Positions 9,125 through 18,507 of a DNA stretch of 64,000 nt are shown piece after piece; positions within the stretch are counted from its first letter, which is position 1; each line of letters begins with the position of its first letter. The DNA is from an uncultured Clostridium sp. (lineage in GTDB: Bacteria; Bacillota; Clostridia; TANB77; CAG-508), in NCBI GenBank assembly GCA_947573555.1, contig CANPFO010000002.1, forward strand, positions 1,276-65,275, in the 5' to 3' direction. Under the pieces are notes generated by a model that was not told where the DNA came from, made no database searches, and worked only from the letters and a program-made list of their open reading frames with translations. A program made the position numbers and the translations under genes.

Positions 9125-9462
9125 AAATTTTTAATCTCCATTTTATTCTAACTGAGTATTTTTAGTATATCACATTAAAAGTTTGCAGTCAAAAAAATAT
9201 ATTTTTCTATTTAGCAATAAGAAAAATAAAATGCTAATATAAAAAGGCACTAAACAATATTACTTGAAAGGAACATTGAAAAGTAAATAAATTTGCATAT
9301 ATAAATTGTAGAGTATGTGCCAAAAGAATGAAAAAAGTAGAATATTTAGGCTTTAAAATTAATCTTACTACTTTTGCAGCTACCGAATACCCCAAGAATT
9401 TTACTTAATGAATAGGTACTACAAATTTATATATTGCAGATGTAGAAAGGGGGGATATAAAA

Positions 9463-10824
9463 ATGACTTCAAGTGAAAATCCAGAAAAGACAGAAGCGGA
9501 ACAAATACTAGGAGAAATCTTAGAAGAACAACAAAAGGAATTTGATAATGCTAATGGAGCTATGTTTTTAGATGATGATATGCCTCATTACGTTATGGGG
9601 GATTTTATTATTGAACACATGCCAATTAAATATTATCATAGCAGTTTCTATGTTTATTTAGATGGGGGATATTTTATAGGAGATAAAATTTTAGAGAAAA
9701 AAATAATAGACCTTAATAAAACCCTGAAAAAAAGTCAAAGAAAAGAGATTATGAGTTACATCGCATTACAGACAGAAACAGAGCAACAAGATGTAAATAC
9801 AAATCTTATAAACTTCAAAAATGGATTATTTAATTTGACATCAAAAGAGTTACTACCACATAATCCAAGTGTTTTTACAGTAAATCAAATCCATGCTAAC
9901 TATAATGAAAATGTTGCAGTAAATGAAGATATTGAAAAATTTCTCGATGATATTACTTGTAACAAGCCTGAAAGAAAACAAGCAATTTTAGAGATGACAG
10001 GATATTGTATGACTTCTAGTGTATGGATAGGAAAAGCAGGTGTATTTTATGGACCATCAGCAGAAAATGGAAAATCAGTGTTAATAAGATTAATAACAAA
10101 TTTAATAGGTCGTGAAAATACTGTTAATATTCCGATACATAAACTACAAGAGAGATTTTGTATTGCAAATATAGCAGATAAACTATTAAATACAACATCT
10201 GAATTGCCAAAGACGGACTTAAAATCAGTAGATATGTTTAAAAATGTTGTAACAGGAGATGAAATCACAGGAGAACATAAATATAAAACACAATTTTCAT
10301 TTTGCCCTTATGCAAAACATATTTTTGCAACTAACTCATTGCCAGTTGTGTTAGATAATAATGATGGCTACTACAGACGCTTAAACATTTTTTTATTTGA
10401 AAGAAAATTTACAGTAGAAGAACAAAATCAGTTTATGGAAGAAAAACTGTTTACACAAGAAGCATTAGATTATTTCGCATATATTAGTTTAAAAGCATAT
10501 TTTAAACTACTTGAGGAAGGTAGGAGAAATTTTGCTAACTATGAAGAAAGTAATCAACTTATAGCTTCATATAAAGCTGATAACAATTCAACCTTATCAT
10601 TTTTGGCTAGTGATGTATCTGAAAAAATGTTTGAAAATGATAAAAGAATTAAAAAAACAGAATTGTATCAGATTTATAAAAACTGGTGTGAAGACAACAA
10701 TTATATAGCTGATAAATCCAAAAACTTTCATAAAAAAGTAGCAGAATCTAAAACTTTAATTTTAAAGTTTTATGATGGATATGAGTGCTATCAGAAAAGA
10801 CCAATATTAAAAGAAAATAATTAA
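9463..10824 (+). CDS. phage/plasmid primase-type NTPase (P4 family C-terminal / D5 helicase-like)
   Basis: Walker A FYGPSAENGKSV, ...ATNSLPVV...DGYYRRLNIFLFERKF..., typical of the P4/D5 primase-helicase C-terminal domain. GGGGGG RBS. Confidence 0.8.
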   Translation: MTSSENPEKTEAEQILGEILEEQQKEFDNANGAMFLDDDMPHYVMGDFIIEHMPIKYYHSSFYVYLDGGYFIGDKILEKKIIDLNKTLKKSQRKEIMSYIALQTETEQQDVNTNLINFKNGLFNLTSKELLPHNPSVFTVNQIHANYNENVAVNEDIEKFLDDITCNKPERKQAILEMTGYCMTSSVWIGKAGVFYGPSAENGKSVLIRLITNLIGRENTVNIPIHKLQERFCIANIADKLLNTTSELPKTDLKSVDMFKNVVTGDEITGEHKYKTQFSFCPYAKHIFATNSLPVVLDNNDGYYRRLNIFLFERKFTVEEQNQFMEEKLFTQEALDYFAYISLKAYFKLLEEGRRNFANYEESNQLIASYKADNNSTLSFLASDVSEKMFENDKRIKKTELYQIYKNWCEDNNYIADKSKNFHKKVAESKTLILKFYDGYECYQKRPILKENN

Positions 10825-10885
10825 ATAGGTTAAGCTGTTCTAACAAAACAGCTTAACAACATCATTATTTTAAGGAGTGATATGT

Positions 10886-11281
10886 ATGAGAAAAATACCA
10901 TCTTTAAAAGATATGGGAGATGTCGAAGAATATGGATATATGCTTAAAATAATTGAAAAATTAAAGTATAGTTCTAAAACATACACAGAACAAGAAATTA
11001 CAGAAATATTAAATCCATATCATCAACAAAATCTAACTAAACTTGTTGATGTAGCCAAAAGAAACAAACCAATTTCTGTAACAAAAATTGCAGAAACTTT
11101 GTACAGATGGGGTTATATTAGAGTTTATAACAATATATGTTATTCTCGAAAACCATATACATACAACTACATTATGCCAATTTTAAAAAATGGAAGGTTG
11201 GTAAATTTTGATGAGGAATTGGTACTTGAACGAAAAGTTGAAGATAAGTTGCAAGAATATTGTAATCAACAATTAAGTTAA
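10886..11281 (+). CDS. hypothetical protein, paralog of 11336..11767
   Basis: AAGGAG RBS 8 nt before ATG 10886. The C-terminal end ...KLQEYCNQQLS parallels ...ELQEWCDKKLNK of the next gene. Confidence 0.55.
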   Translation: MRKIPSLKDMGDVEEYGYMLKIIEKLKYSSKTYTEQEITEILNPYHQQNLTKLVDVAKRNKPISVTKIAETLYRWGYIRVYNNICYSRKPYTYNYIMPILKNGRLVNFDEELVLERKVEDKLQEYCNQQLS

Positions 11282-11335
11282 AAATAAAAGAATGGCAAAG
11301 TAATAAGTAATGCCAAAGAAAGAGAGGAAATAACG

Positions 11336-11767
11336 ATGACAGATTATGAGATACAAGAGCTAGAAAGAGAAAATATTTTGGAGAACAGAATGTATGAACA
11401 AAATTATGAAATAGAAAAAAGAATATGGTTTGTAGCCGAATTCCACGAGCATTATAGTAAGAAACTGATTAAATTGTTAAATCCAGATAATCAAGACAAG
11501 ATGACTTTATTATCAGATATAGTAATGAGAAATCCAAATGTATCGTATGAACAATTTTTGAATAAACTAAAAGATTTAGGATATGTAGAATTTATAGAGG
11601 ATAATGAAGATAAAAGACCAATTCTTATGGCAGAAGGAGTAGATTTCTATATAGAACCACATAGAGTTGGAAAAAGTGATTATAATGGCATGGACACTTA
11701 TTTAGTAGTTTCAAAGGAAGTTGAAAAGGAACTACAAGAATGGTGTGATAAAAAATTAAATAAATAA
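11336..11767 (+). CDS. hypothetical protein, paralog of 10886..11281
   Basis: AGAGAGG RBS. Shared blocks with its paralog: LNP..Q......L......N......F...L...GY. Confidence 0.55.
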   Translation: MTDYEIQELERENILENRMYEQNYEIEKRIWFVAEFHEHYSKKLIKLLNPDNQDKMTLLSDIVMRNPNVSYEQFLNKLKDLGYVEFIEDNEDKRPILMAEGVDFYIEPHRVGKSDYNGMDTYLVVSKEVEKELQEWCDKKLNK

Positions 11768-11835
11768 TCAATTATGCCTTGTTTTTATTAAAAGGCAAGG
11801 CATAGAAATAAATTAATTTTAAAGGAGTGTTAAAG

Positions 11836-12057
11836 ATGGAACAACAAAAAAGGAAATATTATATAAATAAAAATTTACTTTCAGTAGATATATACGAAGT
11901 GGAAGGTGCTACATCTGATAATAAATTATATATGAATTTAACAGATGAAGAACTAAAGAAGAAGGCAGAAGAATTAAGGCACGAAGGAAATGAAGTAAAC
12001 ATTTATAAATTTATAACTGTTAGAAAAAAATTAAAATATGAAAAAGTAAAAATTTAG
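11836..12057 (+). CDS. hypothetical small protein
   Basis: AAAGGAG RBS before ATG 11836 (the track ORF starts at GTG 11827). Confidence 0.45.
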   Translation: MEQQKRKYYINKNLLSVDIYEVEGATSDNKLYMNLTDEELKKKAEELRHEGNEVNIYKFITVRKKLKYEKVKI

Positions 12058-12069
12058 GAGGAAATTGAG

Positions 12070-12591
12070 ATGAATATGATAGAAAAGAATGAAATAAAAG
12101 AAATAATATTTAAGGGAATTGATGAAGAAAATCTTATTTGTGATTTTGAATTAGAAGAAGCACAGATGGTTAAAAGGTTAGTTGAAGAAAAAGGTCAGAC
12201 AAAAATAAAAAAGAAAAAGAGGCATCCAGTTGCTGAAAATGCAAGAATAAAATTAGATACAACTAATAAAGAACTATTAGAAAAAACAAAATTATTAGTT
12301 AATGGAGATGTAGTTTATATAAAGGTAATTATGCCTAAAGGCACAGACTTTTATAATACAGATGACTGCCTAATAATGGATATTCTTGATGATATAGATT
12401 TACTAGAAATTAGAAATCAAAATTGTCTAATAACAAGAAATGTACCAAAGAAAGAGGATAAAATTCAACCTAGAAGAAGCACTACTAAAAAGGTATCAAA
12501 AAAAGATAAAAGAATAGCAGAATTAGAAGAAGAAAATTCAGAACTAAGATCACAGATACAAATTCTTCAAAAGCAGTTACAGAATATTTAA
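12070..12591 (+). CDS. hypothetical protein with C-terminal coiled coil
   Basis: AGGAGG RBS. C-terminus RIAELEEENSELRSQIQILQKQLQNI. Confidence 0.5.
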   Translation: MNMIEKNEIKEIIFKGIDEENLICDFELEEAQMVKRLVEEKGQTKIKKKKRHPVAENARIKLDTTNKELLEKTKLLVNGDVVYIKVIMPKGTDFYNTDDCLIMDILDDIDLLEIRNQNCLITRNVPKKEDKIQPRRSTTKKVSKKDKRIAELEEENSELRSQIQILQKQLQNI

Positions 12592-12773
12592 TACTAATAA
12601 TATTTCAAAGGAAGTGAACAAGCTATGCAAAGATACTATTTTGAAAGTGGCGATTATTAACAAATAATTTTTAACTAAATTTACATTATAAAATTTTAAT
12701 CCTCATCGCCAATATAAGATGGCTGATTAAAGGATTTCCCTTACAAAATTTTAATTTTGTGAGGTAGATAATA

Positions 12774-12983
12774 ATGAATAAAGAAAAAACAGAGCCTATC
12801 TTAATAGGAATAAAAGAAGCTTGTGAATTAACAGGTATAGGAAGAAATACCATGTTAGATGTAGTAAAGTTAGATAATTTTCCATCAGTAAAATTCAAAA
12901 AAAGAAAGATACTGATAAATAGACAGCAATTAATAGAATGGGTCAATAATCTAACAAGCACACCTGAAGTATTGTCAAAATAA
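12774..12983 (+). CDS. excisionase-type (HTH_17-like) DNA-binding protein
   Basis: 69 aa, ...IKEACELTGIGRNTMLDVVKLDNFPSVKFKKRKILINRQQLIEWV..., placed directly upstream of the integrase. Confidence 0.7.
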   Translation: MNKEKTEPILIGIKEACELTGIGRNTMLDVVKLDNFPSVKFKKRKILINRQQLIEWVNNLTSTPEVLSK

Positions 12984-13083
12984 TAAAAGAGATATAAAAT
13001 AGCAACTGGATATTAGAAATTTTAAATCTATTTGCTGTTTTATATCATATTAATAATAAAGATATTAGAAAGGAAGATAAAAT

Positions 13084-14460
13084 ATGATTGAATTAGATAT
13101 GAATAAACAGTTAAAAGATAAAAGTATCAAAGTAAGAAAGAAGGGAAATAGTTATGAAGCTAGAAAGACAATAGATTTATCAAAAATTTATGGTTTTGAA
13201 GTTACTAAAAGAATTTCAAAGACTGCATTAACAGAAGGCGAAGCAGTAAGATTATTGAAGATAAAAGAACAAGAAGAATTAATAAATGCAGCCGAAACAG
13301 TAAGAGATAATAATATAAGTAACAAATTAGAATATGAAAAATTAGACCAAGTAATGTCTAATGTAGGACAAGATTTTACATTAAGGGTATTTGTAAATAA
13401 AATGTTACAAGAAAAGAAATTACAGTCAGAAATAAATTTATATAGCAGAAGGCGAAAAGTAAGTCCTAAAACAGTAACATCATATTTAGGTACAGCCAAT
13501 AAACAGGTTATTCCTGTTTGGGGAGATTTAGACATAAGAACTATTACAACAGAACAACTACAACAACATTTTGATAAATTAGATTATTCTGAAAAGTACC
13601 TAAAAGACATCAAACTTATATTAAAAATGTCTTTTCAAACAGCTATAAATTTAGGTGTAATTAAAGAAAACCCAGCAACTAAAATATATGTTGGTAATAG
13701 AAAAAGTAATATTGGTGTAGAAATTGAGCATTTAGATAAAGAAAGACAAGAAGTATGGGAAGATTTGTTTGAACAAGATGGTAGGCAATGGGCATATCTA
13801 TTTGAAGCAATTTTGCTTTCAGGTGGGAGACCAGAGGAAGTATGTGCCTATATGTGGAATACTATTGATATGGAGAAAAACATAATACATATTAGAAAAG
13901 CATTTAAAGATACGATAGTATATGATAATGACCTAAAAAAGAAATGTCATAAAAGAGAATTAGCAGATTTAAAAACTCCTCAAAGTTTACGAGATGTTCC
14001 ATTGCACCCTAGACTAAAAAAACTTTTATTGAAAATTAAGGCAGAAAGAATGATAGAATATAAAAGATGTGGAAGAAAATGGAACGAAGATGATTTTATA
14101 TTTCTTAATGAAAAAGGAGAGCCTTTTGTTTCAGAAATGCTTACAAACAAAATGCCTACATTTATCAAGAAGTATAATTTAGAACACATGACAGTTTATG
14201 GACTTCGCCATTCGTATGCCAGTCTATATTCAAGCTTAGGTATGCCACCAGAGGTATTGCATATTTTAATGGGACATTGTGATTTTGATACAACTAGAAG
14301 ATATTATATACATATATCAGAAGCTAGAAAACAACAAGAAATGTTAAAACTTTATAATAAACAATATAGTGAAGATGAACTAAATGACTTGATGGAAAGA
14401 AACAAAGAGTATTTAGAGAAGATTAGTATTCTTGCAGAACCAATGTTAGTTGCACAATAA
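13084..14460 (+). CDS. tyrosine site-specific integrase
   Basis: ...LLSGGRPEEVCAYMW..., ...TVYGLRHSYASL...LMGHCDFDTTRRYYIH (R..H-x-x-R..Y catalytic signature). Adjacent to the 3' end of a tRNA. Confidence 0.9.
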   Translation: MIELDMNKQLKDKSIKVRKKGNSYEARKTIDLSKIYGFEVTKRISKTALTEGEAVRLLKIKEQEELINAAETVRDNNISNKLEYEKLDQVMSNVGQDFTLRVFVNKMLQEKKLQSEINLYSRRRKVSPKTVTSYLGTANKQVIPVWGDLDIRTITTEQLQQHFDKLDYSEKYLKDIKLILKMSFQTAINLGVIKENPATKIYVGNRKSNIGVEIEHLDKERQEVWEDLFEQDGRQWAYLFEAILLSGGRPEEVCAYMWNTIDMEKNIIHIRKAFKDTIVYDNDLKKKCHKRELADLKTPQSLRDVPLHPRLKKLLLKIKAERMIEYKRCGRKWNEDDFIFLNEKGEPFVSEMLTNKMPTFIKKYNLEHMTVYGLRHSYASLYSSLGMPPEVLHILMGHCDFDTTRRYYIHISEARKQQEMLKLYNKQYSEDELNDLMERNKEYLEKISILAEPMLVAQ

Positions 14461-14487
14461 AAAAAGCACCCTATGAAAAGGTACTTT

Positions 14488-14564
14488 TGGTGCAGCCAAA
14501 GGGACTTGAACCCCCAACCTTCTGGTTCGTAGCCAGATACTCTATCCAGTTGAGCTATGGCTGC
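14488..14564 (-). tRNA. tRNA-Arg (anticodon ACG)
   Basis: Reverse complement GCAGCCATAGCTCAACTGGATAGAGTATCTGGCTACGAACCAGAAGGTTGGGGGTTCAAGTCCCTTTGGCTGCACCA. It folds as a cloverleaf with anticodon loop CTACGAA and encoded CCA. Confidence 0.9.
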
Positions 14565-14692
14565 ATATATGAAAATATTATAAAGGATATTTACAATATT
14601 TTCAATAGATATATATATTAAATGGGGCAAACTATGGGGAAACATCTTAACCTCTCCCCTAAGCCCTTTAATATCAAGTGTTTAATGATGCT

Positions 14693-14739
14693 GGTGTTTA
14701 AGTTCGTAGCCTGCCATTCTATCCAGCTAAACTACGGGC
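14693..14739 (-). pseudogene. truncated tRNA-Arg(ACG)-like fragment (5' half only)
   Basis: Reverse complement GCCCGTAGTTTAGCTGGATAGAATGGCAGGCTACGAACTT... keeps the acceptor 5' arm, D-arm and CTACGAA loop. It lacks a pairing anticodon stem and the whole T-arm. Confidence 0.4.
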
Positions 14740-14898
14740 ACATATATTAAAAATTATATTTTTAATATTATATATTATACTTTGATTTTATATAATTTTC
14801 AAGTAAAATTTTAAATTAATTATAATTTTTTAAAAAACTATTGAAATTATTTTAGAAATATGCTATTATATATTAGCATTTAAAAAATAATCATATTT

Positions 14899-14974
14899 CG
14901 AGGTGTAGCGCAGTTGGTAGCGCGCGTGGTTTGGGACCATGAGGTCGCAGGTTCGATCCCTGTCACCTCGACCA
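14899..14974 (+). tRNA. tRNA-Pro (anticodon TGG)
   Basis: CGAGGTGTAGCGCAGTTGGTAGCGCGCGTGGTTTGGGACCATGAGGTCGCAGGTTCGATCCCTGTCACCTCGACCA. C1-G72 pair, anticodon loop TTTGGGA. Confidence 0.9.
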
Positions 14975-15204
14975 GTAATTATAGGAAATTACCTAAAAAT
15001 AGGTAGTTTCTTTTTTGCTTTAAAATAGCTACTTTCATCTATATATCAATTCTTGGGATACTTTTTTATGTGGATGACTTTATTTAAAAATATCTCAAAA
15101 TATACTAAAATATTTCACAGTTGCATTATATTTTTCTAATTTTAATTTCATACGCATTATAATTAAATTAAAAAATATCAAGTTTTTAAATATTATAAAA
15201 TTTG

Positions 15205-15317
15205 GTAAAGTACCGTAAAGTAACTGTAAAGTACTGTAAAGTACCGTAAAGTAACTGTAAAGTACTGTAAAGTACTGTAAAGTACCGTAAAGTAACTGTA
15301 AAGTACTGTAAAGTACT
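15205..15317. repeat. 11-copy tandem array of GTAAAGTA(CC/ACT/CT), period 10-11 bp
   Basis: Read directly. Units A=GTAAAGTACC, B=GTAAAGTAACT, C=GTAAAGTACT occur in the order ABC ABCC ABCC. No spacers. Confidence 0.9.
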
Positions 15318-15364
15318 TGAAATGTAAAACACCTATATTGTTTAATATAAGTGTTTACAATTAA

Positions 15365-16825
15365 TTATTTTAATCTATATTTTTTCTTTGGATCATATTC
15401 ATTAGTTCCAATCCATTCTATTAAATGCATATTTTCAAAATCTTTCAAAATTTTTAATACAGTGGGTTTTGATCTATTAGTATAATTAATCAAATCATTT
15501 GTATTTACAGCTCCTTTATTACTTATATACTGAATAACATCTTTTTGCAGTGGTGATAAATGTTCCCATATTTCGTTAATTCCATCATTTTTTCGTAAAG
15601 TTTCAGTTTCTCTTGTATCTCGCATTATATAATTATTCTTTAAAGTTAATTTTAAAATATCCCCTTGAGTGATTTCATATTTTGGGCTTTCCAAAAAGAA
15701 TCTTTCCATTTCTTCATAAATTCTTGAGACTCCCTCATTAAGTTCCTTAACTAATCCTAATTGTGCCATTGTTTCAGATATTTTTGGATTTCGTGCATAA
15801 CGAACGTTTTTCATATTTTCTAATGTTACTAATCCAGCTAATTTACCAGGACTTCTAATTTCCATTCTATCGTCGAAAATAAATATCTTTATATGTTCTC
15901 CTTGCATTGCATAATTTCTATGAATCCCAGCATTTGTTAATCCTTCAATCCAAGCAAATTCAGGATACTCAGGTACTTTTTCAAATATCCCTTCCGATGT
16001 CAGATGATTAAAATCTCTCAATTGAGTTCTAATAAAGTTTTGAGCTGATAAAATTGCCTTATATAAAGGCATTCTAAAACTTTCATCTTTAATAGTATTT
16101 AAATTTTCTCCTGTTTTTGCATAAGTTCCTTCATATTTTACAACTCGTATCCTAGTACAAGGAAATATAACAGAAGGATCTTTTGCAAATAAAATAACAC
16201 CTGCGTTAGTCAAATATTCATTACCATTTTTTGCTTTTTTTAAGAATCCCTTAGCTCTTAATACATCTAAAAAGTCTTTATCAGCAGCTCCTATTTTATT
16301 TATATAAATATTTACCATTTCTTCATCTATATCAGAAATTGAACTTTCCAATACTAATTGATTTTCATAAGATAATTCTGGTCTATCCACTTTTAAAATT
16401 TGAATTTCATCATCATTTAATTTTATAGTAGAATCACCTCTTCTCAAATAAACTTCATCTCTAACATTTCTAATTAAAGAATTATAACTTGTTTCAACAA
16501 AAAGTAATAATATAAAGTCTTCTTTTCCATTACTATTTAGTATATTCAATTTTTCAGATTTTATTTCAGGAACAGTTTTTAAAAAGTTTGATAAGTTTGA
16601 TAAAATTTCATTATCTTTATTTTCATAATTTTCAAATCCCTCTAAAGTTCCATCGTCTTTTATACCAATTACCAAAATTCCACCATCAGCATTAGCAAAT
16701 CCTGCAATATGATTAGCAATATTTTTAATATCTATTTTTGCACTTTTTCTGTCTAATTTTTGGCTTTCTTTTGAAAATTTCAAGAAATTTTCTTCGACTT
16801 CTGGATTTATTTTTGATTGTATCAT
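15365..16825 (-). CDS. AlbA_2 (Schlafen-type) plus HATPase_c_4 putative DNA-binding protein (RecG-like, COG2865-type)
   Basis: ...IANHIAGFANADGGILVIGIKDDGTLEGF... (AlbA_2 core) and ...TNAGIHRNY...IFDDRMEIRSPGKL...ARNPKISETMAQLGLVKELNEGVSRI... plus a C-terminal wHTH-like tail. AGGAG RBS before ATG at 16825 (the track ORF is extended to 16978). Confidence 0.8.
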   Translation of the reverse strand: MIQSKINPEVEENFLKFSKESQKLDRKSAKIDIKNIANHIAGFANADGGILVIGIKDDGTLEGFENYENKDNEILSNLSNFLKTVPEIKSEKLNILNSNGKEDFILLLFVETSYNSLIRNVRDEVYLRRGDSTIKLNDDEIQILKVDRPELSYENQLVLESSISDIDEEMVNIYINKIGAADKDFLDVLRAKGFLKKAKNGNEYLTNAGVILFAKDPSVIFPCTRIRVVKYEGTYAKTGENLNTIKDESFRMPLYKAILSAQNFIRTQLRDFNHLTSEGIFEKVPEYPEFAWIEGLTNAGIHRNYAMQGEHIKIFIFDDRMEIRSPGKLAGLVTLENMKNVRYARNPKISETMAQLGLVKELNEGVSRIYEEMERFFLESPKYEITQGDILKLTLKNNYIMRDTRETETLRKNDGINEIWEHLSPLQKDVIQYISNKGAVNTNDLINYTNRSKPTVLKILKDFENMHLIEWIGTNEYDPKKKYRLK

Positions 16826-17052
16826 AAGAATTCTCCTTATATTTATTTGCACTAATTTTATCACATTTATTTTTAAATTTCTACATAATCTCCCAATATA
16901 TTTTTTGTTATTTTCTAGGTAAATTTTAAAAGTAATTTCCAAATAGAATATATGAATATGGAAATAAACTTTACACAAAATTGAATTTGTAATATTTAAT
17001 TCTAAATAGTATAATAGAATATAGATGCTTCTAAGGTTAGATGGAGGTTATT

Positions 17053-17915
17053 ATGAAAAATTTACATTTAACATTAGAGGATAGAAAAAAATCCAAGAAG
17101 GTCTTGAAAAAGAATTATCTAGAACTGAAATAGCAAAAAACATTAACAAAGATATTTCGACTGTTGCTAAAGAAATTAAAAACAGAAGAAAATTAAAACC
17201 TAGAAATCCTTTTAACAATTCGATTACTTGTACTAAATTTAAACAATGTGGCATATGTCATGGAAAATGCTCTGAATATAAAGAAATTAAATGCTCAAGA
17301 AGGGATAGAAAAGTTGGAGTATGCAATCTTTGCCCTGATATCTCTAAATGCAGATTAGACAAGTATTTCTACTATGCTAAGCAAGCACATGAAAGCTATC
17401 AATATACTCTAAAGGATTCTAGAGAAGGCGTTAATCTAAATACTAAAGAAATGATTGATATTGTAGATATTATTAAACCACTTCTAAAAAAAGGACAATC
17501 TGTATATCAAATTTTAAAAAATCATCCTGAAATTAAGATGTGTTCCAAAACTTTATATATGTATATTGAAAGTGGAATATTTCAAGATTATGGAATTAAC
17601 AATTTTTCTTTACGCAGACAAGTATCTATGAGAAAAAGAAAGAAATTAAAGAAACGTAAAGAACCAGTTAACTACGAAGGAAGAAGATACAAAGATTATT
17701 TAGAATTTGTAGAAAAGAATCCGACTATTCCAACAACTCAAATGGATACAGTATACAACCAACAAGAAGGTCCATATATTCAAACATTTATATTTCAAAA
17801 TACAAGATTAATGATTGGATTCTTACATACAGAAAAAACATCAGAATCTATGGCTAGTACATTAGATCATTTACAAGTGACTTTAGAAAATGATTATTAC
17901 AAATTATTCTCATTG
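17053..17915 (+). pseudogene. IS30-family transposase remnant (frameshift in an A7 run plus 3' truncation)
   Basis: ATG 17053 gives MKNLHLTLEDRKK, then a stop after the A7 run (17085-17091). With one more A the frame joins IQEGLEKELSRTEIAKNINKDISTVAKEIKNRRKLKP...CxxC-rich...PTTQMDTVYNQQEGPYIQTFIFQ...KLFSL. The expected downstream LLTD.GSEF (second D) and the E are absent. Confidence 0.7.
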
Positions 17916-18169
17916 AATGATATATTTATGATACCAAATCATATCAAAAAAGAAATAGATAATTTGACGAGTAGAGAAATTTTGAAAAGAGCAATTTTGA
18001 TACGTGATATAGATAATCAATTTAAAGTGCGTAAAAATAGAAAGATTACTTTTAAGAAAAAAATTTTAATAATAATGGCGAGATATTAAATCAACAGGAT
18101 ATTAATTGTGATATTTTTAATATAGATGAAGCAGTAAATTTATTTGAAGCAATTGAATATTACAAAATA

Positions 18170-18394
18170 ATGAATATTGTAGAAAATGATATTGTATATG
18201 GTAAGGATGATTTTGAAATTGCTATAAAAGATATAAAAAATGGCGATAAATTAATAGAAGTAGAAAATAATAACAAAATTAATACAATAGAAAAAGTCAA
18301 AAAACAAATTATTGATTTAGAGATTCCTATTGATGCTACAAATTTTTTCGTAAAAAAAGCTGAAATAGAATTAGATAAGCTAATGAATAGATAA
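18170..18394 (+). CDS. hypothetical ORF, probably a gene fragment
   Basis: The frame is open upstream of the first ATG without an RBS. It lies next to the IS remnant. Confidence 0.3.
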   Translation: MNIVENDIVYGKDDFEIAIKDIKNGDKLIEVENNNKINTIEKVKKQIIDLEIPIDATNFFVKKAEIELDKLMNR

Positions 18395-18507
18395 CTTTAA
18401 AAGTTTGTGATGTTAGCTTGAATAATGTAGAAAATTATTGTAATATAATAGCAACCTTTCGCTGTCAAAGGTAGTTCTTACATAAGGACGGAAAGGGGGC
18501 AATTACA

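Noticed and set aside
9368-9380. TACTTTTGCAGC as a possible att repeat of the tRNA-Arg 3' flank (TACTTTTGGTGCAGCC at 14482-14497)
   Set aside because: There are only 8+4 matching bases with a gap, in AT-rich DNA. This is not distinguishable from chance without further evidence.
12686-12961. ORF 12686..12961(-) antisense to the excisionase-like gene; also 1396..1776(-), 13188..13535(-), 13980..14189(-), 30238..30804(-), 57595..58173(-) and 58897..59373(-)
   Set aside because: They are hydrophobic or low-complexity antisense translations that overlap well-supported genes, and they have no RBS.
14352-14645. ORF 14352..14645(-), and ORF 62729..62959(+)
   Set aside because: They run through tRNA-Arg and tRNA-fMet respectively. 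The tRNA cloverleaves explain the sequence.
15205-15317. Possible CRISPR array
   Set aside because: The units are 10-11 bp and directly abutting with no spacers, and there are no cas genes. It is a microsatellite or iteron-like array, not CRISPR.
17085-17091. A7 run as a programmed slippage site in the IS30-like transposase
   Set aside because: IS30-family elements are not known to use frameshifting, and the gene also lacks its catalytic C-terminal half. Decay, or a homopolymer sequencing error in a dead gene, is the simpler explanation.
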